A stretch of 64,000 bases of DNA from the human T2T-CHM13v2.0 reference genome, Homo sapiens, in the NCBI RefSeq assembly GCF_009914755.1, contig NC_060938.1, one strand, 5' to 3'. The stretch's first letter is position 1. Every line of letters starts with the position of its first letter. A program made the position numbers and the translations under genes. Below the pieces are notes generated by a model, which did not search any database, was not told where the DNA came from, and saw only the letters and a list, made by a program, of their open reading frames with translations. Positions 14,867-29,280 of the stretch are shown one piece after another.

Positions 14867-15199
14867 GTAAGTACTATGCCATACTTCCTATGACCTACCT
14901 GCTTTACAAAGTGTTGATTTTCTGTGTTTAAATTTCTGATTAGAGAAATGAAAACATAGAAACAAAATTTTAAAAAATCTACTTTTCTCAAAGAGATGAA
15001 GTCGTTTGTCATCTGCTTTTTGAATCTATAGCTTTATATACAAATACAGTGTAATAGTGATTTATTTCGTATTCTGATACAGTATTGCTCAGGCTATTGC
15101 CTGTAAATAGTACTGACTGAACATTAGGGTTGGATCCATATCATGCGTTGCATCTATTCCTCATGTTATGGGGTTGAAGAACTGACTGCAGCTCGCCCT

Positions 15200-15605
15200 G
15201 ATTAGGAGCAGTCTCATTTCTGCCTTGTCCATGATTGACTCATGAACTCTGGCTACATCAGTGAGTGCTGAGTGTTACCTGGCCAGGGGGATGGTTTCAG
15301 AGATGGTCCTGTAATCCTTTTCTACCCAGCGTGGCTCCAATGTGGGTTTGCCTGGAGCTTCTGGCAGAAGGCTTCTCATGGTTAGGACAGAGCTGCCTCT
15401 TACTTCTGGATGTTGTTGTGCGCTGGTGTGAGGTCTGGTGTAGCTGCAGCATTGTGGCTTCCGGACTGAGTGAGAAGCCACACAGGGTGGAGGACGGAGT
15501 CCAGAATCACAAGGAAACCAGCCCTGAAGCTTGCCCTTTCTCTGACGTCCAAGCATTTGAGCCAATACATTTCCTTTTTATTTAAGCCAGTTTGAGTTAG
15601 GAGCC
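15200..15605 (+). mobile_element. Ancient MLT1 (J/K/L-type) LTR
   Basis: 3' end gagccaatacatttcctttttatttaagccagtttgagtt. Confidence 0.65.
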
Positions 15606-17025
15606 AAAACAGCCTAAGTGATTCACTTAGTCTCCATTTTATTTTTAGTAATCCATTAGTTTCTCCCTGGGGAAATGTAGGAGTAATTGCAAAGCAAGGC
15701 AAAATAATACCATTAAATTAAACTGGCAGAGTGTGTTGGTGTTGACTGGCATACTCTTCACTCTTAACAGTTAGCAGGTAGTGATTTAGTATTCAAAGAC
15801 ATGAGAATAAAATATATCACTTTCAGATTCTACCCCACCCCCACACCCCCAGAAGGTTTTGCGTCCTGATCGACCAACTTGTGCTGTGAATGCTAAAAAG
15901 GGTCTTGGATACTGGCAGACTCATCCCTTTGCATAGGTAGGTGCATATTTGGCAGTGCAGACTTGTTCTTTGTGTTTTCTTAGAACAGTCTATACCCTTC
16001 TAATTCCTTGTTTTTGTTCTTGAAAAATTAGTAGGAATATTTCAAATATAAAAAGCATATAAGGCATAACACAAATATCCTTACCCCAGCTCCTTTTTGA
16101 TTAGCAGAAAAACAAAATCCATGTTACCTCTCCTCAACACTCTATAGAGAAATCGAATGTTTACCAATTCCATTGAACATTAAAAAACCCAGGATATTTC
16201 TCTCTAACAGCAGTTCCCTTTCTTAATCCCCAAGAAGCCACTATCCTGGTTTTGGTCTTTATTATTCCCATGCATTTGTTTGTGTTCTTCCCACATAGTG
16301 TATTGTATGATTTTTGGATGCTTTTTAACTTTGAGTAAATGTAGATGCTATGTGCATTTATTACTCAAAATCGTAAGGGAGTTTAGAATAAATTGAGGAT
16401 CGCTGAAAGAGGCTATAAATCTGTTCTTAGGTACTTGTGAAAAGATCTATTATTGGGTATCCTAGTGATCTGTGATAGAATGTTTTAGGTTTTGAATGGT
16501 CAATGAGTTTGAACCAACATGCTGATAGCTTTCTGTCTTATCTACTAATACGAAGCACTTTTCTCTGGTAATTGGCCTACCATTGAGTTCACTCTCTGTA
16601 TCTACTTCTACACTCCTGTGCAGGTGTGGAATGTGCAGGATACTTATAGATCAATTGTGTCATTAATGAGGTTTTCAGAGTGTGTTGGTTGCTGTTTCAT
16701 TTAAATAGCTCTATTCATTCTGTAGTCCAAATGATGCTTCTGGCATCATTTTTCTGCATTGTGAGAATTCGCCATTATGCCTACAAAATTTACTTCTTTT
16801 TTTTTTTTTTCTAAATTTGTCAGTTTGTCACTATGTTACTTTGTACTGGTAGCAGTAGTACAGAAGAGGGGTCTACTCCTAAGAACTGGCTGTCAGGTTG
16901 CACCTCGAAATAGTACTGTGTATCAGTCATCTGGGAGCCTCCTTGGAAATCTTTGTTGTGCCTTTATGTCCCTTGTGACCCAATATTGGGTCTTAGGGAT
17001 CATTTTCTATCTTGTTCTTGTGTGA

Positions 17026-17302
<277 letters not shown>

Positions 17303-19437
17303 TGAAATGAATCTTAAGTCATTTAAATTTTGCATTCAAAAAACTAATTCCCTTACTATTGGGGGAGTCCTGTTACCCTTTGCTCTTGCTTGGAATGTTG
17401 CCTCCATGAAACTGAATAGTCAGTTCCATTCAAAAATCATTAATCCTTTCAACTTGAGAACCTAATTACTGATAAAGTATCAGAGAAAAATTTACAACAA
17501 TATAATTTCTGTTTTGTTTTTTTTTCTGGGTGCCATTTTTACTTAAATGTTTAACATTTGAAAAAAAGTGAACTCAAAAGATTTTTTCCCCTTTAATTTA
17601 TACATATTATATCCATGTTACAGGAAGGAAAACATTAACATCTTTTGTTGAAATTGTTTGAAGATCTTACACTTTGTGAATGTATTGGTTGTTGTGTAAT
17701 ATGTTTTGTGTGCATTTTCTTTTTTAAAAAATCTGCATGTTATAGTTGGGTTTTAAGGGGAAAAGCCTATTGAAAATTTTCTTTGAAAAATCAATTCGGT
17801 GAACTGATATTACTCTTTTTTGTTTGTTTCTTGTGGAATGGAGTCTTCTTCTTTCTTATATATGAAAGGACTTGTATATATATTAATGGCATACAAAAGG
17901 ACTTGTGTAAATATGGAAAGTGGTACAAAAACTTGGCTTGTTTTTGTACCGCCAGATGAAATGCTGCCTTTGTGGGGAACGGCCCCCTGGGCTGAGGGAG
18001 CTTCTAGACACTGACTCAGATCTGTAATTAGGTCTTGCTCTCCGCACCCTTGTTGACTTGAAAGCACTGGCCATAGACCATTTAGTCTGGAAAAGCAATA
18101 CTACATGAATCATCTAAATTGGCACAAATTATCCAGAATGCTACTAAATGTTTTGTACTCCTCTGTAATTGAGAGAATTAGAAAAGGAGACTTGTTCTTT
18201 AAAAGTATTATAGAGGGTACGTATACACTGATGAAAGTAAATTTTTTTTCCCTGGATAGAATGAAAAGCAGTGGAATATTTGACATTTGTAAGCAGTTCT
18301 GATCTCATGGGTCAGTTTTAGGAGATTCCTCCATGGTTCCCATACTATTTTCCTTTGTGAGAAGGTAGGAAGTGTGGCCTGTCTTCCAGCTCCCGTTTAT
18401 TTCTCCACTCAGACCTTTTAGACCTGTCTTGCCATCTGTAGCCTCTGCTTAACCTCTACAGGGTGGTGGAGGCAGGGGAAATCCTGGAAACATATTGTAT
18501 CTGTTTTGCTTCCTCCTAACTAGTCTCACAAATCAGTATCTCAGTATTTAGAATGGAAATATGATACTCCTCTCTTCCCTTTCGAAAATGTTGGGTCGTA
18601 GACTTATTGAGACCTGTTAGGTACCTGGCAATGAAGTGGGTGAAAGTCATTTTTTTGGTGTGTTTGCTAAGTAGTAAGTTGACAGTGTTTCCATTTATTT
18701 TTAAAAAATCAAATCAAAAGTTTTCTTACTTTGTCTCAATTTACTTTATAACAAGACTTTAATTATATTCTAAAGTTGAAGGCATTTATAAGTCACTTAG
18801 GAATAGACATAAAATGAAGACTTTTCCTAGAGTACCCTTTTTCATTTTTTTCTGATAATTTATTAGGAGTCTTTACCAGCACTTCTTTCCCAGCGCTGTG
18901 TCTGCTCTAAAAAGGACAAGCAGATTTATTCATTCAGCAGCAAAAAGGCCAAATTTTCAACTTGTAATGTGAGTTGGCTTTTTAATATGTGAATAAACCC
19001 TTATTTTCATGTTGGAATATATGTGAGCAGGCATCTCAGAGGAATGCGTCTTTGGCAGTAAGTAGAAGAAAGCCACAGATCACTATGTAATTTTGTGTTG
19101 TGAAGGCATAACTGCCATTTTGTGTCTGCGGTTGTACATGCACATGCTTGTGATTCAGGTTGTCTTTGTTAGTATAGGGCATTGCTATTTGTCAGACCTT
19201 GCCACTTTCATTTTGGAGTTGTTGAAAATCACATATTCAAATTATAAAATTGTTAGAACATATGCTGAGTTAAATTGAAAGACTTTAGAGTGAGTTTCTA
19301 AAAAACTGATTGGTAAAATATTTCATCAGTCAGTACCCTTGATAAAATTCCTCATTAGGTGGGTAGGTGAATATTTTTTCCCTAATATAAATTACAAAAA
19401 CCTTCATTTAGGCTGTGTTTACAAAGAGTGCCAGTTT

Positions 19438-19600
19438 GGCTGAGTGCTGTGACTCATGCGTGTAATCCCAGTACTTTGGGAGGCCAAGGTGGGAGGATTG
19501 CTTGGAGGCCAGGAGTTTGAGACCAGCCTGGGCAATATAGTGAGACCCCATCTCTACAAAAAATAAAAATAAAAATAAAAATAAAAATAAAAATAAGAAA
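19438..19600 (+). mobile_element. FLAM with (TAAAAA)n tail
   Basis: Left monomer; TSD aaagagtgccagtt/aaagagtgctagtt. Confidence 0.9.
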
Positions 19601-21072
19601 AGAGTGCTAGTTCTCTAAGAATTGTGATCCTGTTTGTCACAGAACTTGCTTAGTACCCAGTTAACCTTTCACTTAATCTATTTTGGCAATTGTAAGCCAA
19701 GAGACCATGCCTTAGTACCAAAAACAAATCACCCAACCTCATTACCCTTGGTTTGCATTTGTATAAATAATTGGGTCATTAGCCAATATGTAAATGGAGG
19801 GGCATGAAAGGTTGACCTTAGTGGGAATTTAACAATACTTTATGGCTTCTAGATTAACTCGTGTAAATTATTTATTCGTGGCAGCAAATATCTTTTGTTT
19901 GTGGGTGCAGTGCTGTAAGACCTCAATCAAGACTTCTAGAGTTCTTAATGGGTAGGAAAATATCTAAAGGAGTTTTATGCGTGATTATATCTTATTCCAT
20001 CTAGTAACAGATGCTTTCCCAATTTTGTGAATGAATGGTAATCCCTGATGAAAGAGCTTCCCAACCTCATTTTTAAAAAAAATTTCCTTCACAAACCAAT
20101 TGAATAAAATTAGTCTGGCCTATGGAGTTAGGTGCCCCCTTTGTAAAATGGAAAGCTTTACTAAACAGTGTGTGCAGAGAGACCATCTGTCTCTATTTCT
20201 ATCTGAATATTTGGCTCCCTCCCTAAATTTGATGGTATCCCCATTGTATTACTATGCAGTGGCCTCAATTTAAAGATGGAGAAGCCAATGTACATTCATC
20301 TGTTCTGCATGTGTATAGAGTCTGTTGATCGTAAAGATTTAGGCCAAGATCCTGCATTCATTGTTACTATAATTTGATCCTTTAGTTGTATTTTGATGAT
20401 CACTTGGAATAACATTCAGTTGTATTCGTTCAGAGCATCAAGGAAAATCTCATTTAATACACTATTCTCAACAAATGTTAAAAGTAACTTACAAAAATAA
20501 TACATACTGGTAAAAAAGTAGAAAATGCAGGTAAACATAAAGACAAAAATGAAAACCATCTATAATTTTACCGTCCAGAAGTGGCCATTACTAACATAGG
20601 CTAATAATAGGTTCTCACAGAACACAGAGCACACCATTGAGAAGGGGCAGGGGGACCCTATGCCAACAATTAATAAGGGACTGGCTGGAGATGATGACAG
20701 CTAGAAACTCTTAAATACCTATGTATGGTGTGTGTTAGACTTAGTGTCTTCTAAACTGGAAGTATTTATTAGCTGTGTTCATTTTATTTAAGATAAAAGA
20801 AAGCACCTGTTGAAGGAGTAACTGCCCTATTCTGGTTGACTTTTGTTTCCATTGATTTTTTAGGAAGTGTTTTTCTTATGCAGGGCATGTTTCTCTATGT
20901 AAGCATGAATTTTCCTCTTGATTCTTAAGTGAAGGGATAATATAAAATGAGCTGCTATATAGAAAGAGTAGAATAATAACATACTTTTAAAAGGAATGCC
21001 TTCTGCTCCTCTGATGGAAAGATAGGAAAGTCAAGTCACCAGAAGCTGCATGTGGTTATTATCAAGGGATAA

Positions 21073-21406
<334 letters not shown>

Positions 21407-22651
21407 CTTCTAGATTTTTAAAAATGGTTTTTAACATAGTGTATCTGTCCCCTGCTACATCTTATCTGATGTCCCTCTTCTTCTGTCTGTTGCCTTGCCA
21501 TCCTACGGCAGCTTCACGTAACTTAACAATGCTACATTGTAAAATCTAAGGAATTCTGTGCTAAGATCTCTGATTATTCCACTAACATTCTCTCATCCTT
21601 CAATTTACAATAGCTTTCAAAAAAAAAAAAAAAAGAGTCTGGCTTTCAAATCATTACACTACAAAGGTTTATGTAAGCAACAGTCATCTCCCTGGATATG
21701 AAAGTAGTTGTCCTTTGTGCTGTTTTGATGGCTTCCGAGTGCTTGTTTGTTGGTTTCCTTCTCTGATGCTCAGGATAACTTAGTATGCCACAACCCTCTT
21801 AACTTCCAATGGGCTTCTTTTAAGTGTCTATGCTTAACAGAAGCTTTCTCTATGAGCAATAATGTACTTCAACCAGTTGGTCAGTGATGATCCCCACAGT
21901 TTGTTGTCTTGAAGCCATTGTGGTATAAACAGAGCAAATGATGAGAGCTTTGTCCTCTGCCCTCTCTTCCAAGTAAAGAGTGTAAAAGTTGTTTTAAAGG
22001 AAGTCTGCATTTTGTGGTATCATTCAGTTTTGGAACAGTGTCTATTTAGATTTTAGCCTGGAATTCTTTTGGAAACTCCACCCCTGGAAGAAAATGATTT
22101 TAAAAAGAATGTGTTTCAGCAGCTGTTAATGTCAGCAGCAAGAACATAGCACTGTCTTGGAAGATCTTTTGGTTATACAACAGTAGCTTGCTGGATTTCA
22201 CTTCTGCAGTTGCAGTCCCTTCCATTGAGAGACTGATTTAAATTAGGCGAATATTGCCAAGTTTTAAATTATAATGTTGTATTGTTGGAAAATGCTCAAA
22301 TGTTGATTCTCTGGCGTTATAATGTGTTTTTAATTTTAAGCATCACATTGAGATTTTAGCATTTAAATACCTGAAGGAAGCGATACGCAAATTTTAACTT
22401 GTTAAAAAATATTAATAAGTAGCAGTTGTTTCTTTCTTGCCTGTTTTTCTTTTATGGAATATTTAGATTTTGTATGGTCATATGCAATAGTTCTGAACTC
22501 TTGTCTTCTTATGCACAATGTTAGGGTTGTGCATGGGTTGGTTTTCTTGCACAGCTCTCATTAGATTTATTTCAGTTACCTATTCACAGCCCTAATGGTA
22601 GTGACATCCCTGTTTATTTACTTCTTGGATTCTTACCAAGTTACAACATGA

Positions 22652-22999
<348 letters not shown>

Positions 23000-24111
23000 T
23001 AAGTTTACTACTTCTACACGAAGACAGACTGATAGGTTTTTATTTTAGATAAGCAATTCCAGTGTAATCTCTTTTCAGAGGATTTAGATAAAGTATTTTC
23101 AGTTGGCCTCCCATTCCTCCTTCTCATTCCTTCAGTGTGGGCGAGTGGGCTATCTTTTTTCCCCTGCATCTTCATTTCCTTTTCTCTCTCTCTCTTTTTT
23201 TTTTTCTCCCTTGACAGAGAAGTTTTACTTTCTTCTAAGTGGAGGATGGTAGTAAAAATCAAGTTCAGGTAAAGAATGAAGTTGTGGGCCAGATTTGGGA
23301 AGAAAATGAGAGAGAAAAAGAGTTCAGGTGAGGAATTTGTAGTCTTAAAAAGTAAAATCTGCCACTGTTCCTTTAGCTGTTTCTGTGTGACCCTGAATTG
23401 GACCAGGTAACTGCCATTTTCTCATCAGGGTCTGAGGATGGCATTTGAGCAATAGCTAGCTTGTCAGTGTTTGTTTTTATAATGCATAGTCAGTTAAGAG
23501 TTTGACTGACTTGCTGATTTGTTAACTGCAGGGGGAAAAAAAAGATTCACTCTCTCCTTTCTAATTTCTTACCAGATGAATTCCTCCTTCATCAGTTCTG
23601 TGAAGAGGCTATGAAATAATTTGAACAGTTTTTATTTTTAATAATTGAATCTTCTTCCCTACTGTTATACACTAAGATCTCCCTTTTTCTCAAAAGGAGT
23701 GAGAAGTTATTTTCCCTTCAGGTTTTAAGGTAAGAATTGGTCCCAGCGAGGTGATTTCTAACTATTCTTACTTTTTTTTTTCTTCAGTCTTCCATAAATT
23801 AGCCGAAATAAAATTTTGTTCTGAAATTTTACCAAATTCTTTGAGATTCTTGGAGTCCTCTAGAGGTGGTATGGAGCCACAGCTTGGAATAATTGCTTTA
23901 GGAATAATCCTTCCACCTGGTACACAGGGACATCATCCTTTGCAAGGAAGGCGGTTAAATGTGTGTAGTCTGGCAGATTGGGATCTGGACTCCTGAGTGT
24001 GTCTCTTCTGCCTTCTTTAGTTTGCTGTTTCAGATCTCTCTGTCCTTATTGCCAAGTCAGGTCTCTAAGCTTCATTGTCAAGTTCACTGTCTTCCTAAGG
24101 TTGTAATAGCG

Positions 24112-24311
24112 GCAGGGTCATGGTGCTTTTTGGAGTTTGTGTCTGTTTTCTGGTGTTTGCTGGATACAAGACGGCAAAGTAGTCCCATTTCTGTTGCAGT
24201 GCTTGATAAATGCAGGGTCATGGTGCTTTTTGGAGTTTGTGTCTGTTTTCTGGTGTTTGCTGGATACAAGACGGCAAAGTAGTCCCATTTCTGTTGCAGT
24301 GCTTGATAAAT
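24112..24311. repeat. Perfect 100-bp tandem duplication
   Basis: 24112-24211 is identical base-for-base to 24212-24311. Confidence 0.98.
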
Positions 24312-25872
24312 GACTGAAGAAAGGAAAAAGGAGAGAAAGAAACAAAGAAAATCTGATTTCTTAAGTAGTTACAGTCTGTTCTTCAGACTGTTTTTTGTTT
24401 GTTTGTTTTGATGGTGTTTATTAAATGTGCACATCATTAACTGCAGTCATACAGGGTTGCTTTCAAATCTGGGAGAACACAGTGGTCTACAAAGTAGCTT
24501 CTTAGTATTTCTCAACTGTTTTTCAGCACAAGGGAAGATGCACTCATTTTGATTTCCTTCGTTTTTTCCTCCAAGAGCAGAGAGCCGCATTGTTTTTCCT
24601 GTGACCTTTATAAAGCCATGTGGTCTGTTTGGAGGACAGTCAGTGCACACTCCATTCAAGGATGCTCTCTACAGTCCTTCCTGCTCCTTGGCCCGTTTTC
24701 CAAAATGAGATAATGAATATAAAAACACTCTCTCATAAGCTGTAGAAGTGTCAGAAATGGAGGAGAATATTGTCTTTACTATATTACTCTTTGCTTGTGT
24801 GGCCTAGTGTAAATATTCTCTATTCACTACATGATCTCCATTGGTGAAATGGCTGCTTTTGACAATACTGTTTCCAGAGAATAGCTACTTCTCGATTAGG
24901 CCAGCTTGGAACTTTTCCAATGGAAAACTATTTGCACATTGAACAAATATGACATATATTGCATTAAAATGAGTTGCTGGTATTTCATAATATTTAGAAG
25001 TTGAAGAATCACTGCCCTTTATGTATGGCAGTAAATTTCTTTTGGCAGTGACCATGAAGTTCTTGGCCACATGAGAAATAACTGACCAGAGAGTCTGAAT
25101 CTAACTTCTTATTCAGAGAGGACTGTTTCTCTGACAGATGGATTTTGTAGCCTTTGTCGAGCTTTTATATAGAATAATGCTTTTTGTTTTGTGATTTAAC
25201 TCATTGCCCTCAGGCTTTTCAATTTGTATATGTTGATTTGAAGAGCTCTTCCCATGGAGAGATGTGTGACCTGGACTACAGGAAATATAATGTGCAGGAA
25301 GAGTTGGGGAGGGGGGCATTTCCTTCCTCGATCTCCCAAAATAGCCAAGTAATTAAATCTATTACTGTAGCTAGAAAGCAGAACTATTGTCTATATTGTC
25401 AGCAACACCCTAAGGGTGAAGAGAAGCTGCCTGCCTCTGTGCAAGACATTATCTGAGCAGGCGCCTCATCCAGTGGGACGATGCCATCCACATTTGGAAG
25501 CAGGCTGAGAAATGCTTCGGCACTGGCAGCAACTCCTCATCAGAAATGCTCTCTCGCATTTTATAGTAAACCTGTGTTGACTCTGGTGGGGAGCTCTAAA
25601 AATACCTTATCATGGAGATTTGACATTTCTTATAGCAGCCGATAGTTTACATTGACAAGCCCCTTGGAATTGTTTCAGAACACTAATCACTTGCTGTCAG
25701 CAGCTAGTTCCTCTGAGGGGAAGAGCGGGGCTGATCCTGCCTCTGTTGTGAGACTGCATGATTAGAGGGACATTTCTGAATTCATGTCCATTCCTTCATT
25801 TCCAGTGCATACTGAAATCAAAATACCATCAAAGGCTGATAGAACTGATTCACAGAATTTGTTTTTAGGAAT

Positions 25873-26050
25873 TTTGGATTTTTTAAAGTACAGCTAAGCC
25901 TGGTGGTGGCTCATGTCTGTAATCCCAGCACCTTGGGAGGCTGAGGTGGGAGAATTGTTTGAAGCCAGGAGCTCAAGAGCAGCCTGGGCAATATAGCAAG
26001 ACCGCATCTCTACGAAAAATAAAATTTAAAAAATTTTAAAACTAAATAAA
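25873..26050 (+). mobile_element. FLAM/Alu left monomer
   Basis: Single arm, A-rich tail. Confidence 0.85.
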
Positions 26051-26336
26051 AAGTGCTGTGTTATAGCTAGGACAAACAAAAAAAAGGTTGTGTCATTTGT
26101 CTTGGAAGTGATGTCTTTGCTGAATGAGAAAAAGAATACAGTGACAAGGGAAGCAGTTTCACTGCTGAAAACATTCTGACTCTTGTTAGAACAGAATTTT
26201 CCTCCTCCAAGAGAGATGGTTATTTAGACATGACATTGTTTGAAATTAGGGCAAAATCATGTAGTGTTTTAAAAAAGTACTCAAATATACAGTGAAAAGA
26301 AAGCCAAGCTGTAACGCATTAATCAGAACTTATTCA

Positions 26337-26630
<294 letters not shown>

Positions 26631-26973
26631 GAACTTATTTATGCTATATGGAAGATAATTTTTTCTCTCTCCTTCTGGTGAGAATAATTTGCTGCTCCAT
26701 GTGAGGTTAAGTTAGTTCCTTTATTGGATCATTTATTAAATGTTAAGTTCTGCCTATGGATGAGTACATTAACCAAGAGGGCATGTTTCATTTTTAGAAT
26801 AATTGACTAATGTAAGGATTCTAATGTTTATTATATCTATAACAATTCCTCTTTAAGGATAAGTAAATAAAGACCCAAATGCATAGTTACTTGTTAAAAG
26901 TAGCAAAACAAGTCATTCAAAGAGCAGGAAACAGATGGGCCAGTGCATGTTTCTTTCTATAAAAGTTAATCTC

Positions 26974-27285
26974 AGCCAGAAGCGGCAGCTCATGCCTATA
27001 ATCCCCCAGCACTTTGGGAGGCCAAGGTGAGAGGATTGCTTGAGCCCAGGAGTTTGAGACCACCCTGGGTAACATAGTGAGACCCTATCGCTACATAAAT
27101 AAGAATTAAAAAATAAAAATTAGCCGGGCATGTTGGCACACACCTGTAGTCCTAGCTGCTTGGGAGGCTGAAGCAGGAGGATTACTTGAGTCTAGAAGGT
27201 CAAGGCTGCAGTGAGCTATAATTATGCTACTGCATTCCAGCCTGGGTGACAGAGTGAAACTCTGTCTCTGACAACAGCAACAGAA
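26974..27285 (+). mobile_element. AluJ
   Basis: Full dimer. Confidence 0.9.
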
Positions 27286-27569
27286 ACATTAAGGTATGTT
27301 GACACAATGCATACATCATTCAAAACAGAGATTCTAGTGCCAGTTATTGTGTCATTATTTTTAGATAAGTATTGTAGCCATTGCACAGTAATAGCTCAAG
27401 GCTCCCCATTCCATATATTTCCCATTGGATGGCACAAAGGAATTCTAAAACACGTAAGGATCAGTAATAACTTACTGACTTTGGGGTTAAGGGACAGGAG
27501 GAAATCAATGGCACGACCATGGATCCAACCTGCTAGAGAATGAACTTACTTCCCAGTCCCCCAACTCCT

Positions 27570-28006
27570 TATTTCTATATTTTTATTTTTTTAGAAATAG
27601 GGTCTTACTCTATCACCCAGCCTGGAGTACAGTGCACAGTCGTAGTTCACTGGCAGGCTTGAACTCCTGGGCTCCAGCTCAAGCCGTCCTCCCCACTCAG
27701 CCTCCCAAGTAGTTAGGTGTGCACCACCATGCCTGGCTCCTCCTCCTCCTCCTCTTCTTCTTCTTCTTCCTCTTCCTCTCCTCTTCCTCTTCTCCTCTTC
27801 CTCCTCCTCCTCTTCCTCCTCTTCCTCTTCCTCCTCCTCCTTCTTTCCTCTTTCTTCTTCTTCCTGCTGCTGCTGCTGCTGCTTCTTCCTGCTGCTGCTG
27901 CTGCTTCTGCTTCTTCTTCCTGCTGCTGCTGCTGCTTCTGCTTCTTCTTCCTGCTGCTGCTGCTGCTTCTGCTTCTGCTTCTTCTGCTTCTTCTCCTCGT
28001 CGTCCT

Positions 28007-28039
<33 letters not shown>

Positions 28040-28377
28040 CTTCCTCCTCCTCCTCTTCCTCCTTCTCTTCCTCCTCCTTCTTCTTCCTCCTCCTCCTCTT
28101 CCTCCCCCTCCCCCTCCTCCTCCCCTTCTTCCACTTCTTTCTTCCCCTCCTCCTCCTCCCTCCTCCTCCTCCTCCTTCCTTCTCCCTTCTCCTCCTCCCT
28201 CCTCCTCCTCCTCCTCCTCCTCCTCCTTCTTCTCTCTCTCTCTTTTTTTTTTTTTTTACGAGATACAGTCTTGCTATGTTGCCCAGGCTGGTGTGGAATT
28301 CCTAGGATCAAGCAATCCTCCTTCCTGCCTTGGCCCAAAGTGCTGGGATTACAGGCATGATCCTCTGTGCCCTGCCC
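27570..28377 (-). mobile_element. AluJ whose linker is occupied by a large triplet-repeat tract
   Basis: Right arm 27570-27737, left arm 28258-28377. Confidence 0.85.
27737..28257. repeat. Compound (CCT/CTT/CTG)n polypyrimidine-rich tract
   Basis: About 520 bp with almost no A; CTG block 27863-27990 includes a 31-bp higher-order unit. Confidence 0.97.
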
Positions 28378-29280
28378 CTTCATTTCTTCTGTGTTCTATT
28401 CTTAACTTTGTATGTTTCTCAACTTTTATGAAGTCCTACTCTTTTCTGTAGCTAACGTCTTTGTTCTGTCTTTACCAGTCCCTCTCTTCTCTGGGATGTG
28501 AATTCTCTAATTGTGTCATTGCACTTACTCCTCCTTCCTCATCTCTTCATGCTTTTTCTGTGTCTGTAAATCTTCTCTGGCTCTTTCCTGTCCTCTCCAG
28601 CACCCACTGCCCCATCCACTCTCAGATCTTTTCCATTCTCTCTCTTCTTGCTTCCAGTATGTCACAAAAAGTGAAGGAGTGGGAGAATTACCCCATCACT
28701 CTTTTTTATCTTTATTCTTAATTCTTAAAAGTTCTTTTTAAATTTGGGTATTATATATCCAACAAAATGCAAAGGTCTTAGTTGTCCTTTAAGATTTGGG
28801 TTTCTGATTATTGGCTGTTAGGAATAAGATTGCTATCAACATTCTTGTACAAGTCATTTTGTTGACATGGAATTTCATTTCTCTTGGGTGATACCTAGGA
28901 AGAGAATAATTGGGTCATAGGATAGATGTATATTTTACTATGTAAGAAACTGCCCAACTGTTTTTCTGAAATGGCTGTGCCATGTTATAGTTGCACCAGC
29001 AATTCATGAGGGTTCCAGTTGCTCCACATTTCTTACCAGTATTTGGTATTATCAGTTTTTAAATGAACTTTTAGCTCTTCTGCTGGGTGTTTAATAGTAT
29101 CTCATTATGATTTTAATTTGCTATTTCCTGATGACTGATTTTGAGCATCTTTTTATGTGCTGATTGGCCATTCATGCGGTCAGTAACTTTTTTCTTTTTT
29201 TTTTTTTTGCAGTGTCTTTTGCAAGTCTTGACTGTTTTTCTAAATTATCTTCGTTGTCTTTTAATTGCTGATTTGTAAGA

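Noticed and set aside
24112-24311. CRISPR-like or minisatellite array
   Set aside because: Only two abutting copies, no spacers, eukaryotic context
27697-28451. 213-244-aa ORFs on both strands
   Set aside because: Stop-free only because of the low-complexity triplet tract and Alu arms; products are homopolymer runs
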